64,000 nt of DNA from positions 8,043 to 72,042 of IMG/VR virus record IMGVR_UViG_3300029705_000100. One strand, 5' to 3'. Positions 9,138-20,724 of the stretch are shown here, in pieces. The notes under the pieces were generated by a model. The model did not search any database. It was not told where the DNA came from and worked only from the letters and a program-made list of their open reading frames with translations. Position 1 is the first letter of the stretch, and each line of letters begins with the position of its first letter. Made by a program: the position numbers and the translations under genes. Source of the DNA: a virus. Taxonomy: Duplodnaviria > Caudoviricetes.

Positions 9138-11054
9138 GTGCGCCCGGCGGCGCACGTTTCTAAAGGGTGAAAGACCCGAATCCGCCCGGTAGCGGGAAGG
9201 AGATAGCCGAAGGCAAGGGGGTCCCTCGTGAGGCGGAATCTGAAGGAAGCCGGATGTGGGGAAAAAAACTCACGGGCAAACCTCTGGCCTGACGAAAAGA
9301 AACCGCATATAAGGTTATGCATGAGGGTAAGGCTGCTCAACAAGACGAAGCCCAATAGCTACACGGAATCATGCGTGATAGATGCGGCAGGTAGATGGAG
9401 GGAAAGAAACGTGTGGGACCCGGGGAGGTCTGCGCGGAACGCGCCGAAAGGCGTAACCACAGCCATAAAAGGAAAGCTGTGCTGAACGCGCAGAAGTCAG
9501 CCGAGGCCATAGTACCTTGTGGGGAAAAAACAAGGGAAGGGCCGAACCAATACAGCCGGAGTAACCGGGGAAAGGAGAACTGCATGAAGAGAGCAGAAAA
9601 TACCGAAAGTAGCTGCCTGCAAATGAATAGCACGGAATGCGAAGGGTATGCAGGAGCGCAGAGTGCGGTTAAACCGGAACGAGGAGAAACGGAAAGCAGA
9701 CAGCCGAAGCTGCTTGAGGCGATACTGGACAGGGATAACCTGAACAGGGCGTACAAGCGAGTGAAGGCGAACAAGGGAGCACCGGGAGTAGACGGGATGA
9801 CCGTAGAGGAGGCGCTGCCATGGCTCAAAGAACACGGGAAGGAATTGCGGGAAAGTATCCGCGAGGGGAAGTACAAGCCGGAGCCGGTGAGGCGGAAAGA
9901 AATACCGAAGCCGGACGGAGGAGTACGGAAGCTGGGGATACCGACGGTGAAAGACCGGATCATCCAACAGGCGATCGCTCAGCAATTGACGCCGCTGTAT
10001 GAACCGAAGTTAACGGAAGGGAGCTATGGATACCGACCGGGAAGAAGCGCACAGGATGCGATCTTCAAGATCCGGGGATATGCAGAGGACGGATATGAAT
10101 GGGCGGTACTGCTCGATCTGAGCAAGTATTTCGATACGCTGAACCATGAGAAACTGCTGAACATCCTGCGGGAGACCGTGAAGGATGAGCGGGTGATACA
10201 GATGATAAAGAAGTATCTGAAAAGCGGAGCGATGGAGAACGGCGTGAAGATCGCGACGGAAGAAGGACGTCCGCAGGGAGGCCCGCTGTCACCGCTGCTA
10301 GCGAATGTGTACCTGAATGAGTTTGACATGGAATACGAGAGACGAGGGGTACCGGTAGTGAGGTACGCAGATGACATCGTATTGCTGTGCAAAAGTCAAA
10401 GAGCAGGGGAACGACTGCTGAAGAGCAGCATCCGCTATCTGGAAGGGAAACTGAAGCTAAAGGTGAACCGGGAGAAAATCCATATCGCAAAGGTAAACGC
10501 GACGAAGAAGTTCAAGTTTCTGGGCTTCTCGTACAGTAAGGGAAAGGAAGGACTGTTCATACGAGTCCACCCGAAAGCCCTGCTGAAAGCGAAGAACAGG
10601 CTAAGGGAACTGACGAAGCGGAACCGTGGAAAGAATGTCAGACAGGTCATGAAAGAAGTAAAACAGTACATGACAGGGTGGCTGAATTACTATGCGACAG
10701 CGTCCATGAAGCAGAGAATGCGGGAATGGGACGAATGGCTGCGGCACAGAATCCGGGCATATATCTGGAAGCAATGGAAGAAGCCAAGAACCAAACTGAG
10801 AAACCTGATGAAGCTGGGCGTACCGGAGTACTTCGCGCAGATGGCGGCGAACAGCAGGAGAGGATATTGGTTTACGGTAGATACCGGAGCCGTGAAAAGA
10901 GCGATAACAAATGAAAGACTCGCACGCGCAGGGTTCTTTGAACTCTCCCCGGCATACGAGTCTATTCAGTCTGCTTGTATTGGACGCGCCGTGTACCGAA
11001 CGGTACGCACGGTGTGGTGAGAGGTCGGGAGTTAATCGCCCCCTCCTACTCGAT
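9138..11054 (+). mobile_element. Group IIC self-splicing intron
   Basis: 5' GTGCG at 9138; short DV (CGCCGTGTACCGAACGGTACGCACGGTGTGGTGAGAGG); DVI ending CCTACTCGAT; inserted after a hairpin. Confidence 0.93.
9584..11020 (+). CDS. ltrA: Group II intron reverse transcriptase/maturase (no endonuclease domain)
   Basis: GAPGVDG, PKPDGGVRKLGIPTVKDRIIQ, PQGGPLSPLLAN, RYADD, domain X. Confidence 0.95.
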   Translation: MKRAENTESSCLQMNSTECEGYAGAQSAVKPERGETESRQPKLLEAILDRDNLNRAYKRVKANKGAPGVDGMTVEEALPWLKEHGKELRESIREGKYKPEPVRRKEIPKPDGGVRKLGIPTVKDRIIQQAIAQQLTPLYEPKLTEGSYGYRPGRSAQDAIFKIRGYAEDGYEWAVLLDLSKYFDTLNHEKLLNILRETVKDERVIQMIKKYLKSGAMENGVKIATEEGRPQGGPLSPLLANVYLNEFDMEYERRGVPVVRYADDIVLLCKSQRAGERLLKSSIRYLEGKLKLKVNREKIHIAKVNATKKFKFLGFSYSKGKEGLFIRVHPKALLKAKNRLRELTKRNRGKNVRQVMKEVKQYMTGWLNYYATASMKQRMREWDEWLRHRIRAYIWKQWKKPRTKLRNLMKLGVPEYFAQMAANSRRGYWFTVDTGAVKRAITNERLARAGFFELSPAYESIQSACIGRAVYRTVRTVW

Positions 11055-11220
11055 CGATCTGAAATGGATAGCATCTATCTATAATTAAGTAAAAAAAGTA
11101 TTATTTGCACATATACATTTCTTCTGGTACTGTCTACATATATTATACCACCGAATTCTCTCTCTATTCGGTATACTCCAATACGGGTGCCAGAAGATCG
11201 TTTGGCTTAATTGACCTGTT

Positions 11221-11826
11221 TCAGGTAGTATGCCTTGAAGCAATGCATTTAGTTAAGACTACGATTTTTCTGTTTGCAACTCGTAGTTTCACATAATCTT
11301 CCAATTCATGAGCAAAAACAAGGGTGTTACAGCATCCTTCTTCGCGCATGTGATATATTTCAGTTTCCCAACGGTGCTGATCGTCTTCATCTAACGGTAA
11401 TCCATTTTCGAATAGTTCCTTTTGAATAGTCTGATCCTCAGATAAAGAACCACCCTTTTCTGCTTTTTTTATATCGAGCATAATAAAATTACGAACTGTC
11501 GATAATCCAGTGTAAAGAGCAACAGCCTCATTAAAGGTCCACTGAGATTTGGGTTTCTCGTAAAACTTGGAGTCAACCTTTTTAAGAGGCTTCGCTTGTA
11601 AAATTGCGACCATCAAAGCGCCAGCAACTTTGTATCTATTCAACCTACCCGATGGATCTTTCATATAATGGTTTTTTGCATGTACTCTTGCTTCTTCATA
11701 ATAGTTACGAAGTTGCACCTTAACATCATCGGGTAAAAAGACTAATCCACCATAAGTCCTAACTAAATATTCACATCTGGGCTTTATGATTTTTTCCCAT
11801 GTCTCATTAAACTGCCGTTCAGTCAT
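11221..11826 (-). CDS. Hypothetical protein, third gene of a cargo operon
   Basis: ~200 aa; LNRYKVAGALMVAILQAKP...NEAVALYTGL. Confidence 0.6.
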   Translation of the reverse strand: MTERQFNETWEKIIKPRCEYLVRTYGGLVFLPDDVKVQLRNYYEEARVHAKNHYMKDPSGRLNRYKVAGALMVAILQAKPLKKVDSKFYEKPKSQWTFNEAVALYTGLSTVRNFIMLDIKKAEKGGSLSEDQTIQKELFENGLPLDEDDQHRWETEIYHMREEGCCNTLVFAHELEDYVKLRVANRKIVVLTKCIASRHTT

Positions 11827-11850
11827 TATAACTCCTACGTCCAATCATAT

Positions 11851-12030
11851 TTATTTCTCTTCGGGCTGATATGAAAGTTCTTGAGCAAATTCTAAGGTTT
11901 CACCATAATCCTCGTCGCTATTGCTAAGTTCAGGGATTACAGAAACATCTCGTGTAGAACTTCTATTTATGGGTAACGAAAAACCAATAATGATAACCGC
12001 GATGATTAAAGCAATAAAAAAGAAACTCAT
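11851..12030 (-). CDS. Small single-TM protein (59 aa; below ORF-track cutoff)
   Basis: MSFFFIALIIAVIIIGFSLP + acidic tail; ATGA overlap with upstream gene. Confidence 0.6.
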   Translation of the reverse strand: MSFFFIALIIAVIIIGFSLPINRSSTRDVSVIPELSNSDEDYGETLEFAQELSYQPEEK

Positions 12031-12524
12031 GATTTTCCCCCCTGACCTACATTGGCGGAATGAATACTCTTTGGACGATTGAAATATCCCCTAGCAGTAT
12101 TTCGGCTCTGAGAATATACTATGCGAAGGGCATAGAACTTTTTCAACATAAAAAGTGCAGGAGAGATCATCATTAGAATTTTTAAGCCAAACGAGACATA
12201 TCCTTGAACCTCTGCCGGGATTTGTGAAAATAAATCAACACCATTAGATTTAAACACATACGCACTTCCAAGAAAAAGTAAATATAATATTCCTGAAATC
12301 ATCGCTAAACGATCAATTGTGTACTGCGATGAATTGTAGGCTGTAACGTGTTCAAAATCTTCAATCACATCAATTACTAAAGGTGTCAAATAGAGCACAA
12401 CAACTAAAATCATAGTTGTAAAACTCTCAGACCATATAGCAAAGAAATGCGATACCAGACCTAACACAGATATAAAGAAAAGCCACACCGAGGACGAAAG
12501 TGATCTATTACGCATGTTCAACAT
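12027..12524 (-). CDS. 4-TM membrane protein
   Basis: Four hydrophobic segments in 165 aa. Confidence 0.65.
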   Translation of the reverse strand: MLNMRNRSLSSSVWLFFISVLGLVSHFFAIWSESFTTMILVVVLYLTPLVIDVIEDFEHVTAYNSSQYTIDRLAMISGILYLLFLGSAYVFKSNGVDLFSQIPAEVQGYVSFGLKILMMISPALFMLKKFYALRIVYSQSRNTARGYFNRPKSIHSANVGQGGKS

Positions 12525-12714
12525 CCTGTCAAGTATTCTATCTTTACAATTATTGTATCAAAAGATTGGGAATAGTACAAGTAGTTGATATACCATATCT
12601 TGTCGTTTTTTTTATTTTTAAGTAAATATTTATTGAATTCAAAACTCATGAAGCATCTAGTTCACGGTATCGCACTGAGGATTGTAGGCGTCCTATTAAA
12701 CTCAGTTATGCGTA

Positions 12715-12960
12715 CAGCACCGTATCATTTATAAAGTGAAGTACGGGCTTCCGTCCGTAATCACCGTAATCTTTTCCTCCGGAGTATTTCATAGTGTGGG
12801 TGCAAAGTCGGCCACTTTCTCATCGCTGCTTTTCAGCTGTTTTGAGAAGAAGTGAGCATTTTGCGCTGCGAGGTACGGCTGGCACATTCGTCCTCGATGG
12901 CCTTGCACCGATCAGCGGCATCCTGATAACGCTCTGCCAGCGCATTGCTATTTGCATTAT
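12715..12960 (-). pseudogene. Probable decayed C-terminal fragment of a large serine recombinase
   Basis: NALAERYQDAADRCKAIEDECASR...VADF then, after a shift, EKITVITDGSPYFTL; resembles the coiled-coil/ITV..DG..F tail of Firmicutes recombinases. Confidence 0.45.
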
Positions 12961-13148
12961 AATATCAATGACATTTTCCTGAGAAGAACTTTGTTGATAT
13001 TATTCCGATAATGAGATATACTATTACCAAGAAAAGTAACCAGATTGCACAACACCATTCATGACAACACCCCAATGCCATCTTCACGGAAGGCAAACTG
13101 TCAGCGATCTTACTCTACGTTGCGCTGATTTATAATAGGAGAAACACC

Positions 13149-14372
13149 ATGTTCAATAACAACGAACATTATACATTGATTGATCCGAGGCTGATCAAGG
13201 GAATCGAGAAAGTTCAAAAACTAGCTTTATGGAACAGAAGAAACATGATAGAACAAAATTCCTACATCGAAACCGCAAAAAGAATTGCAGAAGTTCAGCT
13301 TCAGATAGAATCCGGTGTATCGCTTGAAGAGACAGTTTTTCAAGATTTTTATTCCAGACTGTGTTATAGAATGTACTATTGTGAATATAGTTTGCATGTC
13401 TACAAGCACGTTAATTCTTATGTGCTTATAGATCCATTGGTAGAACGCTTACTCCTTGTATTGGCTGCTATTGAAGCCGATGTGTGTATTCCTGTATGTA
13501 TTGAAAGTGATTATCTTCATCGGAAACTGGATTCTGATGTGTTAGAGTATAAAAGGGAAGTGAAAAGGAAAAATAGTAATCTTTGGATAAGAACAAACCA
13601 AATTATGAAAGATATTAATACAATTCTGTGCAATATAAGCGTTACCAATAATTTGGAATATGACCAGCATGGTAATTGTTGTAGATTGGATGAGGATATA
13701 AAATGTCAGATTGCGCATGTATATCATGAAAAACTAATGGAGTTTGATGATAGCGCCAATTTTTACTCCATAGTACAAGAAAGAATACACGGGATAAGAA
13801 AACGTGGAACCAAATATTCTATACTCGTTAACTGGAAAAAAGATCCTTACACAAATTCAAGTTTAGACGGAGCAGTTAAAGGAACACGAAGAATGGAAGT
13901 GATAAAAAAGGGCACCTGCATTGATCGCATTGGTAATGCTCATGGTAGCTATTTTTGTCCTCTTGATTCAAACGGAATCCCTTTTCCTTTGAGACAGAGG
14001 GCTATAGGAGCAGTGTTAAAAAACGAAGATTTTCTAGAAGAAAACTCCTGTTATCATAGATATTTACTCCTAAAGGATTTTACGAGACAGAATTTTCAAA
14101 TTGCTATTAAAGAGTCTCCATACAATGAGGTAGCAAAGCAGGTTTTATTTTGCAAATTAGATGCTTATTATTGGGATGTTGCCTCCACCGATAATAAATG
14201 TGATCATCCAGGCGAAGCCTACGGCGATCAATATAGTGATGGAATCAAAATAGGAATAATTGACAATATGTTTTTTGATGATGATGGAGGGGCAATCCAA
14301 TATATTACTCCATTTTCAGCTAAGCAGCTAGAAATTATGTACATGATTAAAGAAATCGAATATTACGTATGA
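13149..14372 (+). CDS. Protein with C-terminal TNT (tuberculosis necrotizing toxin-like) NAD+ glycohydrolase domain
   Basis: KGTCIDRIGNAHGSYFCP, GIPFPLRQRAI, YHRY, GGAIQY motifs; no signal peptide evident. Confidence 0.75.
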   Translation: MFNNNEHYTLIDPRLIKGIEKVQKLALWNRRNMIEQNSYIETAKRIAEVQLQIESGVSLEETVFQDFYSRLCYRMYYCEYSLHVYKHVNSYVLIDPLVERLLLVLAAIEADVCIPVCIESDYLHRKLDSDVLEYKREVKRKNSNLWIRTNQIMKDINTILCNISVTNNLEYDQHGNCCRLDEDIKCQIAHVYHEKLMEFDDSANFYSIVQERIHGIRKRGTKYSILVNWKKDPYTNSSLDGAVKGTRRMEVIKKGTCIDRIGNAHGSYFCPLDSNGIPFPLRQRAIGAVLKNEDFLEENSCYHRYLLLKDFTRQNFQIAIKESPYNEVAKQVLFCKLDAYYWDVASTDNKCDHPGEAYGDQYSDGIKIGIIDNMFFDDDGGAIQYITPFSAKQLEIMYMIKEIEYYV

Positions 14373-14379
14373 AATAAAC

Positions 14380-14428
14380 AATACCCCCAACTCATTTTGG
14401 GAATATTCCAAAGAGAGTTGGGGCGTTA
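14380..14428. terminator. Hairpin between convergent TNT gene and dnaE
   Basis: CCCCAACTC...TTGG/CCAA...GAGTTGGGG inverted repeat. Confidence 0.55.
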
Positions 14429-14485
14429 TCAACGTGATTTATACGGTAGGTATATGAACAATCACACATGTAGACTTTTAGAAGA

Positions 14486-17400
14486 TCAGGACAGAATAGT
14501 GTATTCCTGCAGCCAGAGTTCTTGTTGGCCGGAAATGGGTTTGGGCTTACCAGTAGAGAAGGAATAGGCAGGACGGCGAAGCCAATCTTTGACAAGAATG
14601 ATATTGCCTTCGGTCTATGGCTGTTCCTGATACTATAGCTTTTTTACCTTCATCACGCCAACGTTGCCCGTTGCGACGCTGTACAGCCGCAGCTTCGGGC
14701 TGTAGCGGTCATCGACTTCAAGAACCACATATACCGCCCGCTCACTTTCACAGACGGTCAGAGGCGTGCCTATATGTTCTGCCTCAAAGCGGAGGCAATC
14801 AGCCAGCGGAAGCTCCTCTTCAGGGCTGTTCTGCTCCAGCTGCCGAAGGATGGCAAGGTGCCTCTCCTGTGAGGGCTTCACATGGGTCTTGGAAAAACGG
14901 GATTCACCCTCGAGAAACTGCTTGTACACGTTCAACAGCTTCCCGGGCGTACCAAACTCACGGAAGTAGTCAAAGCGGATCAGAATATCGATTGCGCGGG
15001 AGTCAAAAGCGGGATTCATGGTCATATCATACAGCAGGTCGGTGAAACAGGCATACTGATTATTCCGCATGCGGTAGAGGGCCTGAGCTACGCGCTTTCC
15101 GATATGCTTGATGGAGGTTAGGGCATCGGAGATGGTGTTGGCGTCATGATCGAGGTAATAATCCCGATTGTCCTGACGGAATCGACAGGGTGCGACACGA
15201 ATTCCGAATGCACGTTTCATCTCGGCTTTGACCTGCGCAATGCGATCCTTGTCGCCCTTGTCGGCATAGCCGGAGAGGAGAGTTGTGTAGTATTCCTACG
15301 GGTGATGCGCTTTCAGCCATGCGCCATAGAGGGAATCAAGAGCGACGCAGACAGCGTGCGAGGCGTTGAACAAATATGCCGTGGCATCGTTAATGATTGT
15401 CCAAACCCTTTCTGCGGCATCGGCATCACCGGTGTATGAAGTGAATCCAAGCAAAAACTGTTCCTTCAGCTTCAGAACCTTTTCAGCTTTCTTTTTGGAA
15501 ATAGCTTTGATTGCTGAGTATGCTTCGGGTGCTGTAAAACCGGAGACCTGCAGTGTCTTCATGATTTGTTCCTGATACAGAATGAAGCTGGAGGTCATAT
15601 CTCTTGTCTGGATTAGCTTATCGAAGGCAGGAATACCATAGTCGAAGTGTCTCCGATCCAGAAATGTGGGTAGCATGGACTTGAAGGCCGGACGGACTGC
15701 TGCGACAAAGGCTGCAAGCTCCGTGATGTTCTTCGGCTTGTACCGCATGACCTTTTCGCGGGTCTTTTCCTGCTCTACCTGATTGAGCCCCATTGTGTAG
15801 CCTTCGGCATACATGCGCCAGGTGTCGCGATCACCGCGTGTCATATCCAACAGTTCGTTGACATTGGGCTGTACCATGCCAATCCGTTGAAAGGCTTGTT
15901 GGTTTGTGCGGCATACTTCCACCAACTATATGTCATTTTTCAGATATCCATACTGTTCGGATGTTGCGCCGTCGATGAAAGCAGCGAATACCGGCTGCTT
16001 TTTTCCTGTCTTGCTGTTGATACGTATGACGCCGATCTCGCGGCGGATATCTTCAATGCAGAGAAGATAAGCGCAAGGATGGGGAGAGATGGAGTCGATC
16101 ATGCCCATGTAGCGCTCGCTGGCAGCGATCAGATCGCGGAACTGATCGGGAACGAAGTCAGCCAGATCGACTTCTTCACCTTCATCCGCATACCTGACAG
16201 CAGTTTCATAGGCTTTCAGCTGATTACCTATCTCATTGGCTGTCTCAAAGGGAATGTTCGCAGCTCGGCAGTACATTTTCCATGCGGAAAGGCGTTTCAG
16301 CGTACCGAATGCGACCATAGGCGCCGCATGCCATTCACCAAGGACTTCCAACTGTGCCTGTTCAAATGCTTCACGGTTGGCAACGTTCATATCGATGTCA
16401 GGAAGAGAGCCGGACAGGATACGGTCGGCAGAAATAAAGCGATCGGGGAACATTTCTACCGGTATGGCAAAACGGTCGATGGACGACAAGCCCAAAAGCG
16501 AATTGGTGTAGTAGCTGGGTGCGCTGCCTCTGCCGGTCTTGGTGATGACGCCGCCTTTTTCAACAGCACGGCGCACAATTTCATGGTCAAGCAGGAAGTA
16601 ATCGCTCATGCCGGTAGAGGTGACGGTATCAGCCTCATAGCGAAGTCCATCCATGCGGATTGCTTTTTCTTCATCAGACATGCCTGCGGTCTGACGTTCA
16701 AACTCGCGGAGAATCAGTTCCATATACTTCAGATTCCGCTGTTCCTGTGTCAGATTCGGAAAGATCGTCGGGAGCTTCTTGCTCTTGTCGAACACGATAT
16801 CCTCGAAGGTCAGAAAAACATTGGTATTTTCTATAGCTTCGCGGATCTGGGCATCGGAGAGCACCCCCTGCTCCTGAAAGCGCCGGAAAGCTTCGGCTCC
16901 GGAAGGATAATCCATATACCAGCCGCCTTCATCCTCATAGCGGATGTGATTTGCTTCCAGTCTGTGCTCGCGCAGCGCAGCGTCTTCCGGATAGATGAAA
17001 TGGCTGTCCGTTCCCATGATCAGGGGGATGCCATGTGCTCGGTATAGCTTCAGAAGGAAGCGGTTGAGCTCCTTTTGCTTGTCGGTGTCGTGGTACTGCA
17101 CCTCCAGCATGAAGCTGTCGCGGAAGTGTGCTGCTATGCGCAGGATCAGGCGCGTTGCCTCCTCTTCGCCATACTTGAACACGCCGGCGATGCAGGCAGT
17201 GGTGACGAATACATCCTTGGGGTCCAGAGAAAGCAGCAGCTCCAGATCAATGCGCGGACGATAGTAATAGCCGGAGATGTTGGCTTCGGATAGGATGAAG
17301 TTCAGATCACCAACGCCTTTCCGGGTCTTTGCAGCCAGAATGATATGGCAGTTGGTGTTATCCTTCTCATGCCTGTCTTTGACGATATACGCTTCGGTCA

Positions 17401-17662
17401 CATAACGCCAGCGTAGATTGTACTTTTCTGCAAGAGAGGCACACTGGTGATACGCGCCCTGATTACCGTGTTCGCAGGAGGACAAAACGGAATACCCGAG
17501 CTCGACAGCGCGGCGGGCATAGTCTTCGTTGGTGGCCACGCTGTCGGTGAGCAGGATATTGCTGACACAGGAGTGCCGGTGATAGCAGACATAGGGAATG
17601 TCCGGCGCGGCGTCGGTTGTCGGCGCCGCGCGTGGAACATCCTATACGGGAGCAGTGGTCAT
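14486..17662 (-). CDS. dnaE: DNA polymerase III alpha-like (DnaE), 1058 aa with 5 in-frame TAGs (17642, 15926, 15296, 14633, 14615)
   Basis: PHP motif YHRHS; GRGSA; PDIDMN; HPCA; GYLKNDI*LVEV (family KxDxL); FNASHA; WLKAHHP*EYY. Three track ORFs are in one frame; ATGA overlap with upstream gene; ends TGA. Confidence 0.93.
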
Positions 17663-18441
17663 GCAGGTGTGCTCCTTTCCTTGGTGTGGATGATCTCCTG
17701 TCCGATAGGGCAGTGATCACGGGTAGAGCAGATGAATTTGCAGAAGTAGTCCGAGGATGATACCAGCCAGTCTTTGTCTGCGCGGATACCATCAATAGTC
17801 CGCTCAACCCAGTCCATTGTTTCATTATATCGTTCCATGGAGAAAGGCTCGTCCACGAATTTTCTGTAGCGGAACATATTGAACTGCAGCATGGAAGGGT
17901 ATTCGCCATAGCGATCCTTCACATAAGCGGCATAGGTGTAGAGCTGCCGGGTATTCTCAAACAGCTTCTTCTTCAGCGACTGCATGGACTTCGATTTGTG
18001 ATCGATGACGGTGATCAGTCCGGTGTTATGATCACGCAGGATCAAGTCGGCAATACCGACAAAACGGTTGCCGCGAATATCCAATTCAAACTTATCTTCG
18101 ACAGACAGAATATCGTAGTGATCTCCAAAGCCATCGAAGGATTTGAAGTAGTGCAGGCCTTCTTCATAATACTTACCGGCAAGCCCGCGGGGAAACGGCG
18201 GAAAGTATTCCCTGACGGCTTCATCGTACTCAGCGGTATAGACGTCGGCCAGTTCAAAGGACATCAGTTCGTCCTTCGCCCAGCGTTCAAGGATGCTGTG
18301 GCAATGGGTCCCGTAGGAGGCGTAGGCGTTCTGAATCTGCGGCAGTTTGTCGATGTACTGCAGCTTGAAGGCCAGAGGACATTGATCATAGAGGGCCTAC
18401 TTGCTGAACGACCATTTCATGTCATCGGGAATGAGGCACAT
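17659..18441 (-). CDS. PD-(D/E)xK (RecB/Cas4-like) nuclease; TAG at 18397
   Basis: WSFSK*ALYDQCPLAFKLQYI, YGTHCHSILE, FVGIADLIL, VIDHKS, QLYTYA, C-terminal Cys cluster. Confidence 0.88.
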
Positions 18442-18895
18442 GATGCTGCTCCTTTGCGTTCATATCATTGTGGGGAGGATCGTTTGCATCCAACTCTTCC
18501 AAACGAAGTTCAAGGTCAGCAGCCAGAGCCTTACGCAGGGACTCAGGATAGGACGGAAACATAGCGTTGATGAAGCGCTGCTCATCCCCCTCAAACACTA
18601 CGCCGCCATGGTCGGAATGGTGCTGAACGACGCTCTCCAGATGGGCAGCGCACAGCAGAATGCCAAAACACTTCTCACGCACAGCTGCAGCACAGCCCGG
18701 ATTCAAAGTTTTGCCCTTCATCTCGCAATCGGCGAGGTGAGCAGGATACCTGTTCAGCTTGCTGCTGCCCGTGCGCTTCAGATAATCGAGCGCGCGTGCA
18801 ATAATCTCCCGGGATTGCATGATGCGGTGATAGTGCTCGTCGAGGAGCTTGATTGCAGTTTCCTCGTCCATAAGAATGATAATTTCTGTGTTCAT
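18422..18895 (-). CDS. Hypothetical protein
   Basis: GGAGG RBS before ATG 18895; lies within replication operon. Confidence 0.6.
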   Translation of the reverse strand: MNTEIIILMDEETAIKLLDEHYHRIMQSREIIARALDYLKRTGSSKLNRYPAHLADCEMKGKTLNPGCAAAVREKCFGILLCAAHLESVVQHHSDHGGVVFEGDEQRFINAMFPSYPESLRKALAADLELRLEELDANDPPHNDMNAKEQHHVPHSR

Positions 18896-18914
18896 AGTGC
18901 CTCCATAGTCGTGG

Positions 18915-20711
18915 TCAGAAGGGCTGCGTACTCTCAGCCATGCGGATTGCATACTCCGGAAGGCTGTCAGCGCGTGGATTGGGCGGTATGATGCCGTTTT
19001 TGTCCCATGAGAAGCGGTTGAGATCGCCCTTGTCCGCCTGATAGATTCGTCGGCTGTCTGGACAGTAGCAGCATTCGATGATTCTGCGTACGCCGCCTTC
19101 GCGATTCTTGATGATTCTGAGGTTCGGCTGTTCGACGACGATGGCGCTGTCGGCCAGTCTCACGGTGGCGGAGCTTCCGCCGATGTCGTCCTGTCCGAGG
19201 GTTTCGCCGGTTTTGACCTTGCGAGGATGGGCAACCAGAATCACATGGACGTGATACTGATTGGCAAAACGCTTGAGGGCGTTCGCGAATTTGCCCTGCG
19301 CTTTGGTCTCTTCGTCGCTGTCGCTGAGCGCAGTCATGAGATTGTCGGCCAGAAACAGCTTGCAGCCATAGCGTCGGGCTGCGGTGACGAATACCTTCAG
19401 AATGGCTTCGGACTGATTGGACTCGAACAGCTCGGTATTGTCGTAGAGGTAGAAGTGGTCGCGGTAATACTCGGACTACCGCTGCTGAACCAGCGGAGAA
19501 ATACATGGCACGCGCATACCACGCACAGTATCGTATTTCAGTCCGATGTAGTCAGAACCTGCTGCTTGCAGGTTGATCCAGTCCAGAAAGCGCTCTTTGG
19601 TGAGTTCGCCGGAGTATGCGCAGACGGAATATCCCTGTTCAATGGCATTAAGCAGCAGCTGACCAGTGAGCGTTGACTTACCGCTTCCTGCACGTCCAGT
19701 AAATACAGTGATCGCGCCTTCTGCCAAGCCGCCGATGGTCTCGTCCAACGCTGGGATCATAGTTTTGATGCGTGGGATGGTGGTCGGGTCATAGGGCATG
19801 ACGTCCGCCAATTGCAGAAGTCCCTTGACCGGAACCGGCTGGGCACCGTTGAGAGCGTCAAGCAGAGTATCTTTTCCGTGAAAGAAAAGGATTTCGTTAG
19901 CATCTTTGCAGGGCTTACCGTCCGGCCTGTCCGGATAGTCTTCAACGATCATGCAGCGGGATTCGTCCAGCCTGCGAACCACCTCGCGAATCATCTTTCT
20001 GCCCGGTTCATCGTTGTCGCCGAACAGGATAATGGACTGAAAGCGTTCCAGCCAATTCCAGCAATGATCGATCCAATCGAGATTGCTGCAGCCAGAGGGG
20101 ACGGAGACCACATTACGGGCTCCGGCCTCATACAGAGAAAGGGCGTCGATCATGCCCTCGGTGATAATCTATGGCTGCGAGAAGGAGCACATATCCATGC
20201 CGAACAGGATTGGTCGGCTGCCGGGATACTGCCATTCCTTACGCTCCTTACCCTGCGGCTTTCGAGGAGCGCGGAATTTGACGTAGATAAGCTCGCCATC
20301 CTTGTAGAATGGAAAGATAATGCTTCCGTCAGTTGCCGTCGAGACAGAGAAGGCGTTCAGTGTCTCGGCTCTGATCTTTCTGGAGGAAAAGTAGCGGATA
20401 ATGGTATCGGTAAGCGGCAGCTGCTGTACATCAGGCAGAACAAACTGCTTTTTTGCTCTGGCGGCGGGACGGATCAGATCCGCCCGCTCGCCAAAACGTT
20501 CAGAAAGTTCCTCAAATCGGCCGCGTACACCACAGGTGCCGCGTTTGCACACATAGACGCCTTCGGTCAGGTTGAGTGCAAAAGTGTACTTGTCTCCGCT
20601 CTCGCCGCCATGACAGATAGGGCAGTGCTCAGGAATCAGCTCGTCGCCTCGGACGGTATATGGTTCCAGATGGCGTCTGGCAAACTCCAGAATATGCTGT
20701 GAAATTTCCAT
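18915..20711 (-). CDS. T7 gp4/Twinkle-like primase-helicase, 598 aa; TAGs at 20169 and 19476
   Basis: Zn finger CPIC...CKRGTC; TOPRIM QP*IITEGMIDALSL, FGDNDEPG; Walker A GRAGSGKST; LVAHPRK. Three track ORFs in frame. Confidence 0.92.
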
Positions 20712-20724
20712 ATCAAACCTCCCA

